From a virus: DNA of 64,000 nucleotides. Below the pieces are notes generated by a model. That model made no database searches. It had not been told where the DNA came from and saw nothing but the letters and a program-made list of their open reading frames with translations. How positions within the stretch are numbered: position 1 is the stretch's first letter; each line of letters starts with the position of its first letter. The stretch is from the IMG/VR virus record IMGVR_UViG_3300008116_000018, one strand, 5' to 3'. Shown here piece after piece: positions 17,652 to 25,470 of this stretch. The translations under genes and the position numbers were made by a program.

Positions 17652-17718
17652 TCATAAAAAATATGGATGCAAATTGTTAAAGAACGTTTTGTTGAACCTC
17701 TATCGACTCAACATATGA

Positions 17719-17780
17719 AGTATAACACAATCGGAAAGACTGTCAACAACTATTTTCATAGATGTTGTTTTCATACAACA
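17719..17780 (-). promoter_or_regulatory. palindrome-associated sigma70 promoter at head of tRNA array
   Basis: TTGACA-16-TATACT; palindrome 17763-17780. Confidence 0.85.
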
Positions 17781-17781
17781 C

Positions 17782-17818
17782 AAAGAAAAACCCCCTAGAG
17801 TTTTCAGTCTCTAGGGGG
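17782..17818 (-). terminator. intrinsic terminator (attenuator)
   Basis: CCCCCTAGAG-8 nt-CTCTAGGGGG perfect 10-bp stem followed by TTTTTCTTT. Confidence 0.92.
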
Positions 17819-17870
17819 CTTGTCTTTGTATTCTCTTTGGACTTATGGTCCTCAGGTATAACAAGCCCCC
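17814..17870 (-). promoter_or_regulatory. antiterminator helix
   Basis: GGGGGCTTGT (17870-17861) is perfectly complementary to ACAAGCCCCC (17823-17814), which includes the 5 C at the terminator stem base. Confidence 0.8.
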
Positions 17871-17968
17871 ATCACTGGTGCGTGGCAATCGGATTTCTCT
17901 GAGCGAGAAATACTCTGCCACGTAATCGGCATATAATTTCTTGTTGAGAGTTTCGATATTAAATTCAT
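17852..17968 (-). CDS. putative attenuator leader peptide (38 aa, not in ORF track)
   Basis: MNLISKLSTRNYMPITWQSISRSEKSDCHAPVMGACYT*; ATG 1 nt after the mazG-like stop; 19 amino acids, 31 distinct codons. Confidence 0.75.
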   Translation of the reverse strand: MNLISKLSTRNYMPITWQSISRSEKSDCHAPVMGACYT

Positions 17969-17969
17969 T

Positions 17970-18251
17970 TTAGTTTACTGTTTCTTCGTTAAAAATATTA
18001 GACCATTTCTGGAGTTTTGCTTTCTTGTTTGCGGATGCTCTATCTACTTCATCAATGCTAATGATACCTGTTTCAATCATCAACTGAATCATACAAAATA
18101 AATCACCAACTTCTTCTGTCAATCGTTCACGATTAGATGCACCATTGTGTTCACCATCTAAACCAAATCTAAAAACTTTACTGATTGCCTGTGTCACTTC
18201 GGCACATTCTTCTTGTGCAATGAGTAAAACTTCTTTTTCAACACTATTCAT
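17970..18251 (-). CDS. MazG-like all-alpha NTP pyrophosphohydrolase
   Basis: EECAEV...SK...EEVGDL motifs. Confidence 0.85.
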   Translation of the reverse strand: MNSVEKEVLLIAQEECAEVTQAISKVFRFGLDGEHNGASNRERLTEEVGDLFCMIQLMIETGIISIDEVDRASANKKAKLQKWSNIFNEETVN

Positions 18252-18274
18252 TATCTAACCTTTTCTCAATACAT

Positions 18275-18480
18275 AAAATGCTCTGCGAATCTCGGCGGTA
18301 ATTATAGAACATCAAGATATGACGCTATCATACCCATCACACGTTCCTTCCACCCGCTCCCCGACAGATTCCGTTCTCGCATTGCCAGCGGCCTTTCGGT
18401 TTAAAGACTACCACCCGTAGCTGTCACACTACTTCTCATCCTGTGGGTCACAGTATCCAGAGACTAACCCGGAACGTTCT
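18275..18480 (-). ncRNA. candidate structured ncRNA (~205 nt)
   Basis: ORF-free, GC-richer than flanks; paired termini and at least six hairpins/helices. Confidence 0.7.
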
Positions 18481-18783
18481 TTACATATTCTGAATGAATT
18501 GCTTCACCAAGAATCGTTTCACTTCCCATGCGTTAGTCATTCGCACAGTCTTTTCTTTACTATTCAATCTGTATGTAATATATAGCCTTTTTGGAGCAGA
18601 AATTACCACAGCACCAAAAATATTTTTACTGAGTCCAAACGGTATCACATAAGCATCACCGTTGTCAAGTTTTTTCTTGGCATAACCATTAGCACCTTTG
18701 ATCTTATCAAGACCACCAAATCGAACTGTATCTAAAATTTCAACAGCCATCGATTGTCGTGGACCCATACCATCAATATACAT
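18481..18783 (-). CDS. hypothetical protein
   Basis: AAGGAA SD before MYIDGMG. Confidence 0.65.
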   Translation of the reverse strand: MYIDGMGPRQSMAVEILDTVRFGGLDKIKGANGYAKKKLDNGDAYVIPFGLSKNIFGAVVISAPKRLYITYRLNSKEKTVRMTNAWEVKRFLVKQFIQNM

Positions 18784-18896
18784 ATTGTTCCTTATGCTTT
18801 GGTTCTCTCTTACGCTTGTCTTCAACCACACGCATACGATACTTAGGGCTACGCAAGTCCTTCGCTACCATGTTACGTGGTTTTGTTTTCGACAAT

Positions 18897-19133
18897 TTAA
18901 AATTCAGGCTCTCCATAACTTCCATAATCCTCATCGGTTCCATATCCTGCTGAAGCCATAGCGGAATCAAAATCTCCGTCCATGCTTTCATTATACTCTG
19001 CATCCATAAAACTTGCAACAAAATTGTCAACCAATTCTACTGGTATATTAAGCATTGTTGCAATCGTGAATTCATTGTATCCTTGAAGATACAACTCTTC
19101 AATCTCCATAGCCAACTCGCTCATCTTACTCAT
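18897..19133 (-). CDS. small HTH-like protein with acidic tail
   Basis: TIATMLNIPVELV; SAGYGTDEDYG tail. Confidence 0.65.
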   Translation of the reverse strand: MSKMSELAMEIEELYLQGYNEFTIATMLNIPVELVDNFVASFMDAEYNESMDGDFDSAMASAGYGTDEDYGSYGEPEF

Positions 19134-19474
19134 GCTAGTTCCTTTTGCTTATCCAAAACTTGTTGATACGTCATTGTGGGTTCTTTGCTAGTGATAGCAC
19201 CATCAAACTGTAACTGAGACCTCTCAAACCATGAAAGGTAGTCATCACTTTCCATAGACCAATCGACCATGTACTCGCTAGAATAATCCGTATTCGTTTC
19301 AATGCCAGTCAATGTGAACTTCACAAACTCATTGTAATCTATGTTAAGCGGAACGTCAAGTATCTTATACTCTGAACCGCCTTTGGCTTTCCAATACTGA
19401 GGACACTCACCCACACCATCCCAATCATGTGCGCCATAATTTTCGTGGTACTGAGTGCGGATAACTATCATCAT
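19130..19474 (-). CDS. conserved phage protein
   Basis: TQYHENYGAHDWDG...PQYWKAKGG motif. Confidence 0.75.
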   Translation of the reverse strand: MMIVIRTQYHENYGAHDWDGVGECPQYWKAKGGSEYKILDVPLNIDYNEFVKFTLTGIETNTDYSSEYMVDWSMESDDYLSWFERSQLQFDGAITSKEPTMTYQQVLDKQKELA

Positions 19475-19486
19475 ATATTTATTCCT

Positions 19487-19681
19487 TTAATAACTTTGGT
19501 GAGAATGTCCTACTGCAAACAATGGGGTACCATCGTTGTCATCGCCAGCAGGTCGTGGCATAAAACAATCGGCAAAATCATCATAACAGTAGTAACCAGT
19601 CTGTGTCACAACCAAGCGGGCATCAGCCGGCAAGGCAGACAAAGCGGTAATCATATCCGCAACAGTAACAAAATTAGTCAT
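19487..19681 (-). CDS. small hypothetical protein
   Basis: TVADMITALSALPADA pattern, SD present. Confidence 0.65.
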   Translation of the reverse strand: MTNFVTVADMITALSALPADARLVVTQTGYYCYDDFADCFMPRPAGDDNDGTPLFAVGHSHQSY

Positions 19682-19682
19682 A

Positions 19683-19937
19683 TTATCTTTCCTTAAAACC
19701 TAATTCAAATTCCATCATCAACATTTTTGCAATATTAATATATTGCCTTGCATCATTCAACGCACGTTCACTACCGTGTTCCATCACTTCCTGTGCATCA
19801 GAAAGGTAACTTGCAATCACCATACCAGGACCAGAAAGTTGGAAACTAATTGAATCTTGTACAGACTCAAGAATTTCGGATTTCTTAGCACCGTATGCTT
19901 GGATTTCCCAGAGGGTTTGTTCGCTTGCTGTTCTCAT
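19683..19937 (-). CDS. hypothetical protein
   Basis: AAGGA SD before MRTASEQ; SYLSDAQE...ARQYINIAK. Confidence 0.65.
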   Translation of the reverse strand: MRTASEQTLWEIQAYGAKKSEILESVQDSISFQLSGPGMVIASYLSDAQEVMEHGSERALNDARQYINIAKMLMMEFELGFKER

Positions 19938-19968
19938 TTCAATGTCCTTTATCAACTCAACAGAATTA

Positions 19969-20030
19969 ATTATACACGGTTCGGAGGGTAAGTCAACAAC
20001 TATTTTCGTTACTGTTGTTATTCTGCAACA
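19969..20030 (-). promoter_or_regulatory. palindrome-associated sigma70 promoter
   Basis: TTGACT-16-TATAAT; palindrome 20013-20030. Confidence 0.85.
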
Positions 20031-20200
20031 GGTGCAAACATCTTGCGACCATCAACCATGAACCGTTCAAATGCTTCCATAGTCTTTTCAGAGTAAACCA
20101 TCTTACCTTCATGTTGGATATCTTGCAATAACTCCAAGAAACCCAAACCTAAAAATTCACGTTCTTTATTCAGAATACCAATTGCTGTTTCGATTTTCAT
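20018..20200 (-). CDS. small hypothetical protein
   Basis: AAGGAAATAAAATG SD/start. Confidence 0.7.
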   Translation of the reverse strand: MKIETAIGILNKEREFLGLGFLELLQDIQHEGKMVYSEKTMEAFERFMVDGRKMFAPVAE

Positions 20201-20209
20201 TTTATTTCC

Positions 20210-20389
20210 TTAATCAAAAAAGTTGCCAGACTGATACGAAAATGCATTCTGGCCAGCATCAGCCCAAGCCATAGGATGCAAATCCAACTTATCAATCACT
20301 TGACGATTACACATTTCCATCGCATTCAGTTTAGACTCTGCGGCGAATTCATAAACATCTTTACCAACATAAAATTTGTATGTAATCAT
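20210..20389 (-). CDS. small hypothetical protein
   Basis: MITYKFYVG... coupled to upstream stop. Confidence 0.6.
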   Translation of the reverse strand: MITYKFYVGKDVYEFAAESKLNAMEMCNRQVIDKLDLHPMAWADAGQNAFSYQSGNFFD

Positions 20390-20390
20390 A

Positions 20391-20627
20391 TTAAGCACCA
20401 TAAAAGTCAGAAGTAAAACCACAAGTATTGTAGACACACTCACGAACTGTGGTGTCCATCGCTTCACCAAATTTGTTGTAATCATTTTTGGCTAACATGT
20501 TGAGACACTTGTAAGTTTCTGGCCATGTTAGGTTCATTGTTACTGCGGCAACAACAACACCGTGAACGGCTAAGTTGCCAACTTCGCTAAACATTCCGTA
20601 AGAGATATCATGTGATAATGTAGTCAT
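20391..20627 (-). CDS. small hypothetical protein
   Basis: YGMFSEVGN...EAMDTTVRECVY; strong SD. Confidence 0.7.
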   Translation of the reverse strand: MTTLSHDISYGMFSEVGNLAVHGVVVAAVTMNLTWPETYKCLNMLAKNDYNKFGEAMDTTVRECVYNTCGFTSDFYGA

Positions 20628-20636
20628 TTTATTTCC

Positions 20637-20906
20637 TTAAATCAAATCAACTTGAACTTGCGTACCAACTTGCGAGGTATTGTAACTTGTCATGCCAACA
20701 CCAGTCGGAACTAACGCACCATCTTTTTGTGCCATGTAACGCATGTAAGACAAACGGAGCAAAGCATCATTAGCCGCTTGTGAATGGGTGTATGTAGCAA
20801 ACACACTTGACACACCAGCAACGGTGGTGTAGACACCAATTCCGTCAAACATCACACGAATTTTTTGTGAATTCTTGAAGCCCTGAATGTAAGTTTTTGT
20901 ACGCAT
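20637..20906 (-). CDS. hypothetical protein
   Basis: strong SD; first gene after a promoter. Confidence 0.7.
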   Translation of the reverse strand: MRTKTYIQGFKNSQKIRVMFDGIGVYTTVAGVSSVFATYTHSQAANDALLRLSYMRYMAQKDGALVPTGVGMTSYNTSQVGTQVQVDLI

Positions 20907-20943
20907 TTCAAATTTCCTTTTCTTTTCTCAATCTCTAGACTCT

Positions 20944-21005
20944 AGTATACCACAATGGGCACACTTGTCAACAACTATTTTCGATTCTGTTGTTTTTTTG
21001 CAACT
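20944..21005 (-). promoter_or_regulatory. palindrome-associated sigma70 promoter
   Basis: TTGACA-16-TATACT; palindrome 20988-21005. Confidence 0.85.
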
Positions 21006-21019
21006 GAATACTTTGGTAT

Positions 21020-21352
21020 TCACATTGCCCCCATCCAACGAACGTTCTGGAAAGTCCGTGCCATCGTGTTACCACGGGCAAAATTCTTTGCAGGAGCCGA
21101 CCAACCAGCCGCTTTCAAAATGTCGCCTTTGGTGAATTTGCCCATGTCACGGAGACAAACAAACGAATGCACGGAACGACCGCTACCAGCACGACCAGTA
21201 ATTACTTTGATATAACTACGACCAACTTCATAGGACAAGGAATCGCAAAATTCTTGTGCCATTGCTTTTTGAATTTCAGAAGGATTGTCACCATGCCATT
21301 TAACATAGTCAGCTTTGATGCATTCGAGGTATTCGTTAAATCCGTCAATCAT
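21020..21352 (-). CDS. conserved phage protein
   Basis: SVHSFV...GDILKAAGWSAPAKNFARGN motif. Confidence 0.75.
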   Translation of the reverse strand: MIDGFNEYLECIKADYVKWHGDNPSEIQKAMAQEFCDSLSYEVGRSYIKVITGRAGSGRSVHSFVCLRDMGKFTKGDILKAAGWSAPAKNFARGNTMARTFQNVRWMGAM

Positions 21353-21492
21353 TTTCTTTTCCTTAAAAATTAAAATCAGCCGAGGGTCGTAACAGAACCA
21401 CTAACAGCGGCACCGAACAAAACTATTACTGTAAAAATCATCAAAACTGTAAGCATCTAAATCTCCTATTAATCTTACTCACTACAGAATCT

Positions 21493-21554
21493 ATTATACA
21501 CGGTTCGGTAGGTACGTCAACAACTATTTTGGCTTTTGTTGCTGGAAAACAACA
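21493..21554 (-). promoter_or_regulatory. palindrome-associated sigma70 promoter
   Basis: TTGACG-16-TATAAT; palindrome 21537-21554. Confidence 0.85.
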
Positions 21555-21602
21555 AAAAAGCCGTCTAAAACGGCTCGAAAAGGGGTATTAGTACTTCGGT
21601 AT

Positions 21603-22202
21603 TCAATCTTCGGACTCTAGTTCCTCGTTTTGCGGCAATTTCTCACCTCGTTCTAATCGATGGGTATCGCACAATGTTGAAATCCATCCGTAGTTATTTG
21701 AACGACCAGGACTACCACACACTTCACATGTACGATATGACATGGACTCAGCCATACGAATCATTCCATCAATTGTATCTGTAAAACCATTTGTATAGAA
21801 TCGCAATCCGCCAAACTTTTCTTTCACTTGACTTGCTGTGATGTGTGGCATATGTGGAGGAACTTCTCTGAACTCTCCTTTTACAATTGCTTTGCTAGAA
21901 TGTTCAATCGCCCATTCATCTGGTTCTGTTTTATTACCAAATGTAAAATTCATTTGAAGTGGGCGTGTGTCTCCAGCCAATGCACGTTTCAACGCACGAT
22001 TGAATTTCAATACTCTTGCACGTTCTTTACGTCTTTGATCCACGTGATGTTGAATGTTTGAACACAATACATCAATGATGTTGTACCAACCATCACCACA
22101 ATCAAAACCCCAACACATAGCGGTGTGTGTCATTGGGGCATGACGATACTTAAAAATCTTTGGGTACTTTGCTACTAGTGCTTCGTCCAATTCTTTTTTC
22201 AT
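21603..22202 (-). CDS. conserved phage protein with C-terminal Zn finger
   Basis: CGDGW, QVKEKFGGLRFY, CEVCG...LCDTH. Confidence 0.75.
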   Translation of the reverse strand: MKKELDEALVAKYPKIFKYRHAPMTHTAMCWGFDCGDGWYNIIDVLCSNIQHHVDQRRKERARVLKFNRALKRALAGDTRPLQMNFTFGNKTEPDEWAIEHSSKAIVKGEFREVPPHMPHITASQVKEKFGGLRFYTNGFTDTIDGMIRMAESMSYRTCEVCGSPGRSNNYGWISTLCDTHRLERGEKLPQNEELESED

Positions 22203-22219
22203 AATATACTCTCAATAAA

Positions 22220-22408
22220 TTATTTCACTTCGTCAAATTCTTCAAACTCGTCCCAATCATCTTCTTTGAGATTCTTAGGATCAATAAACTTAGTCTGGTG
22301 CTTGAACTTATCTTTTTGCTTTTTAGATTCGTCCAACTTCGGTTTCCCTTTGCGACCTTCGTCATCATAGAAGTCACGGAAACTGGAATACTTTTTTGTT
22401 TTTGCCAT
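22220..22408 (-). CDS. small charged protein
   Basis: GGAGA SD before MAKTKKY. Confidence 0.6.
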   Translation of the reverse strand: MAKTKKYSSFRDFYDDEGRKGKPKLDESKKQKDKFKHQTKFIDPKNLKEDDWDEFEEFDEVK

Positions 22409-22412
22409 TTTG

Positions 22413-22856
22413 TTACTCTGATTCTCCCTGCAAGATTTCGGGCAACGCTTCTTCAATAAGTTTTCTAGTGATGCCTTTGTACGTAAGTTTTTTATCCTTC
22501 ATCATCAAAACAAGTTTAGCCTCTTCTGGAGAAACTGTTTCAAGAACCTCAATAAAAATTGATTCACGCTTGATAGGGTTTATAGCACTACCCTTTAGAA
22601 AATATTCAAACTTTCTCAATTCTTTTGGTAGACGATTGTGTCCCCAATTGTCTGGAGTTTCCATAGGTCTATATGGTGGAGCGCCTGCGGGCAATTCAAA
22701 TATAACATTCTTATGAAATGTATATCGCAAAACCGTTTTCAATTCTGGTGTCAAGTTTGCAATCTGCTTCAATGAACTTGCTCTTTTAGCCGCTGGTAAT
22801 TCTGCGACATGCTGGAGCAACTCTGGTAAAGTCATTTTACTAATATCAATAGCCAT
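22413..22856 (-). CDS. conserved T4-like protein
   Basis: LPAGAPPY...KRESIFIEVLE...EAKLV...KDKKL motif. Confidence 0.75.
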   Translation of the reverse strand: MAIDISKMTLPELLQHVAELPAAKRASSLKQIANLTPELKTVLRYTFHKNVIFELPAGAPPYRPMETPDNWGHNRLPKELRKFEYFLKGSAINPIKRESIFIEVLETVSPEEAKLVLMMKDKKLTYKGITRKLIEEALPEILQGESE

Positions 22857-22857
22857 T

Positions 22858-23724
22858 TTAAAATTCCTGTATATGTTCCAACAACTGCTTCATGCGGTTT
22901 TGGATAAAATAGTTAAGTAGTTTTTCCCTACCACGTTTAGGGGTATTTTCATAAGTCTCAAGAATCTTCTCTTGATACTCAGTTGGAATCTTAGACAGGT
23001 CAATCAGCAATTCATTTCGCTTGTAATTTCTCAGCATCACTTCATCGCAAAAAGACTCAGGTTCTTCTTCTAACCACTTATTTAGCTTTTTCTCAGTTAC
23101 AGGTTTTTGACGGGCTTCTGTTACGAATGTGTCATCAGAAGACATGAAGTTAGGAATACCATCGCTTCTGTCACCTCTGATAATGTGTTCCTTTAAGAAT
23201 GCTTCTGGCGTATTGGTACGCAAGAACTTCTTACCCATTGGGCTATACTGTTCTACGTTTGCGAACTTCTGCAATTGCATAAAGTCTTTATCGCTGGATA
23301 GAATCAGAATCTTTTCAGTAGTGCTATTCTTAAGAGGAACACCGAACTTGTGTGCCAATGTTGCGATAACATCATCGGCTTCAGTCTTCTCAACTTGAAT
23401 CACTTTGTACGGAAAGTATTCTTTGATTTCGTCACGCACTTTGTTTAGCGTTTCGAAAATCATATTCCAGTCAAACGGAGATGCCTCTCTGTCTTTCTTA
23501 CGACCAGCTTTGTAATATGGAAAGTAGTCTCTGCGCCAGTACTTCTTATCATCGCAACAGATAACAATGTCGCCATACTCATCTTTGAATTTAACATTGT
23601 ACATTCGAATGCTATTCAGCACCATGTGGCGAACCATGTTCTCATCAATAGGATTTGATGCATTTGAATTCACTTGCATCATCAGGTTTGAAATCATTAC
23701 CTGATTCAAGTCGATTAAAATCAT
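22858..23724 (-). CDS. rnh: T4-type RNase H (5'-3' exonuclease)
   Basis: YWRRDYFPYYKA, EADDVI, SSDKDFMQL, GDRSDGIPN. Confidence 0.93.
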   Translation of the reverse strand: MILIDLNQVMISNLMMQVNSNASNPIDENMVRHMVLNSIRMYNVKFKDEYGDIVICCDDKKYWRRDYFPYYKAGRKKDREASPFDWNMIFETLNKVRDEIKEYFPYKVIQVEKTEADDVIATLAHKFGVPLKNSTTEKILILSSDKDFMQLQKFANVEQYSPMGKKFLRTNTPEAFLKEHIIRGDRSDGIPNFMSSDDTFVTEARQKPVTEKKLNKWLEEEPESFCDEVMLRNYKRNELLIDLSKIPTEYQEKILETYENTPKRGREKLLNYFIQNRMKQLLEHIQEF

Positions 23725-23730
23725 TTTAAG

Positions 23731-24855
23731 TTATCCAGTTATTACTCTAACAACAATTGTATCAGAGTTAATGCGTCCTGTCAATTCGGAGGGCTTGGTA
23801 GTCAATCCATCTAACAGTTTTTTCAACACAATCTTACCACCATCAAGTACTTGCTTAACAGTCACTTCGGGCTTACGCAAACGTTTGCCAATGGACGTTT
23901 CTGTATTAAAGTTTTGAATTGTCGTACCTTTGATTGTCAGGCCTTTTGCATTGTCAGCATTGTACATGCCAAGCAATTTAGTTTTGGTATTGTACAACCA
24001 CACCTGATTCGCACCAACAATCTTTTCTGGTAGAACACTCTTCAAATTCAACTCAGCAAAATCTTTCATGTATTGCACTTTAGCGGCAATCACACTTGCA
24101 GGTTTCTCTTTTACTTTACGTGTTTTACGTGTGGGTTTCTTTTCTGCACCACGATTTGTTTCTGTAACAATCGCATCATAAAATTCTTTGATCTTGCGTA
24201 ATTGAACTTTACTGAAATTAGAATACCCTTCTTTAATATCAGCATCGGAGGTATTCATCGCATCTTCAAATTCTTTAGAACGCTTGATGAACACTTCACA
24301 CATTTTCTTTTGCACAACGGCAGATAATTCTTTACCCTTTAGATACGATTCCATATCTGGTGCGAACTTACATCCGCCGGCAATGAACTCATCAACAAGT
24401 CCTTCAATCTCACCGACTTCATCCGAAGCCTTTTCACGAATTCGATCTTGAATAGATACGACTGGTGCAGTTGTTGTTGCGACAACGGGCGCTTTTGTTT
24501 TTTTAGTTTTCTTTGCAGTCTCAATGACAGTCTTAAACTCTTTGACAAAAAAGTTTTTGAATGTGTCAGATGGTTCGTAGCCCATACACATCATACGTGC
24601 TACCCAACCAAGTTGTACTGGAATAGATGCGTCACTTGATGACACTAAAGAAATTTCTTCCTTCGGTCGACCAATGCTAGCCATGTATTCGACAACAAAC
24701 GTTTTTGCTTGCTTGCTGTCACAAAAATAGTTATACCAATTCAATGCACGAATCTCAGCAATCTTAAGATTGTTGATTTCCTCTTGATTGGTCCAAGAAG
24801 GTTCTGTGCCAAAGGCTTGTGCGTCAGCGCCAGGATTGATCTTGGAAAATTTCAT
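23731..24855 (-). CDS. conserved T4-like hypothetical protein
   Basis: long ORF; RALNWYNY, KRLRKPE, GRINSDT. Confidence 0.75.
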   Translation of the reverse strand: MKFSKINPGADAQAFGTEPSWTNQEEINNLKIAEIRALNWYNYFCDSKQAKTFVVEYMASIGRPKEEISLVSSSDASIPVQLGWVARMMCMGYEPSDTFKNFFVKEFKTVIETAKKTKKTKAPVVATTTAPVVSIQDRIREKASDEVGEIEGLVDEFIAGGCKFAPDMESYLKGKELSAVVQKKMCEVFIKRSKEFEDAMNTSDADIKEGYSNFSKVQLRKIKEFYDAIVTETNRGAEKKPTRKTRKVKEKPASVIAAKVQYMKDFAELNLKSVLPEKIVGANQVWLYNTKTKLLGMYNADNAKGLTIKGTTIQNFNTETSIGKRLRKPEVTVKQVLDGGKIVLKKLLDGLTTKPSELTGRINSDTIVVRVITG

Positions 24856-24858
24856 AGT

Positions 24859-25191
24859 TTATTCACCTAATGTAAATGATACAGACTTAACAGAATCGTA
24901 ACGGAAAGAACGCCATTCGTTTTTCTCTAAGTCGACTACAGAGATTGCCTCATCAGTTGCCGTTGTACGAACACGTTCGGTTTTCTTTTCGTATGTTGGG
25001 ATTGCGCTCTCTTGCAATGTGCATTTCATGGTACGCATTGTGCCGTCTTTCTTAAGAAAGTCAACAGTCACAGGACCATATTTGAGGTGGCTAACAAGCC
25101 AATCACGAAATACTTTTTGCTCTTTTGCGTCACTTGTTGCATAGTTAAAAGTTGTCATATCAAAGTTCTCCATGTTAAAAATATCTTTCAT
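24859..25191 (-). CDS. WYL_2/Sm-like SH3 beta-barrel protein
   Basis: FLKKDGTMRTMKCTL...VVDLEKNEWRSFR. Confidence 0.85.
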   Translation of the reverse strand: MKDIFNMENFDMTTFNYATSDAKEQKVFRDWLVSHLKYGPVTVDFLKKDGTMRTMKCTLQESAIPTYEKKTERVRTTATDEAISVVDLEKNEWRSFRYDSVKSVSFTLGE

Positions 25192-25197
25192 GTCTCT

Positions 25198-25226
25198 AGT
25201 ATACCTACAATCCGTTCGGTTGTCAA
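25198..25226 (-). promoter_or_regulatory. sigma70 promoter (likely leaderless transcript)
   Basis: TTGACA-17-TATACT; ATG 6 nt after the -10. Confidence 0.75.
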
Positions 25227-25227
25227 G

Positions 25228-25470
25228 TCAATCATTCTGTGTTCTTAATTCATCATAAAGATAATCATGCAATTCATTGATACCACCAACGTATTTGAAT
25301 TCATGGTATATGTGTGGAACAAAGTTTGTGTTAGGAATCAATTTCTGTAATTGGGCTACTGTATAATCTTCGCCAAGTATGAAAAGTTTGTATCTTCTTT
25401 TGCATATGTTAAGGAGCAATTCTGTTTTTTCGGTTGCTTTGCTTCCAATCGCACCATAGACATAATACAT
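25228..25470 (-). CDS. glutaredoxin-fold protein lacking CxxC
   Basis: VPHIY...YVGG..EL retained; SKAT at the CxxC position. Confidence 0.7.
   Translation of the reverse strand: MYYVYGAIGSKATEKTELLLNICKRRYKLFILGEDYTVAQLQKLIPNTNFVPHIYHEFKYVGGINELHDYLYDELRTQND

Noticed and set aside
16562-17718. ORF-track entries across the tRNA array (16562-16789, 16756-16995, 16875-17147, 17226-17432, 17512-17718)
   Set aside because: They are shadow frames over clear tRNA cloverleaves.
17852-17968. Leader ORF as a RiPP precursor or Zn-binding mini-protein
   Set aside because: No modifying enzymes are adjacent and it has only two Cys and one His. Its overlap with the antiterminator arm explains it better, though this alternative is not formally excluded.
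18275-18480. tmRNA, RNase P RNA or hammerhead identity for the structured RNA
   Set aside because: It has no tRNA-like acceptor/T-arm end, no GAGGAAAGUCC core and no complete CUGAUGA/GAAA core.
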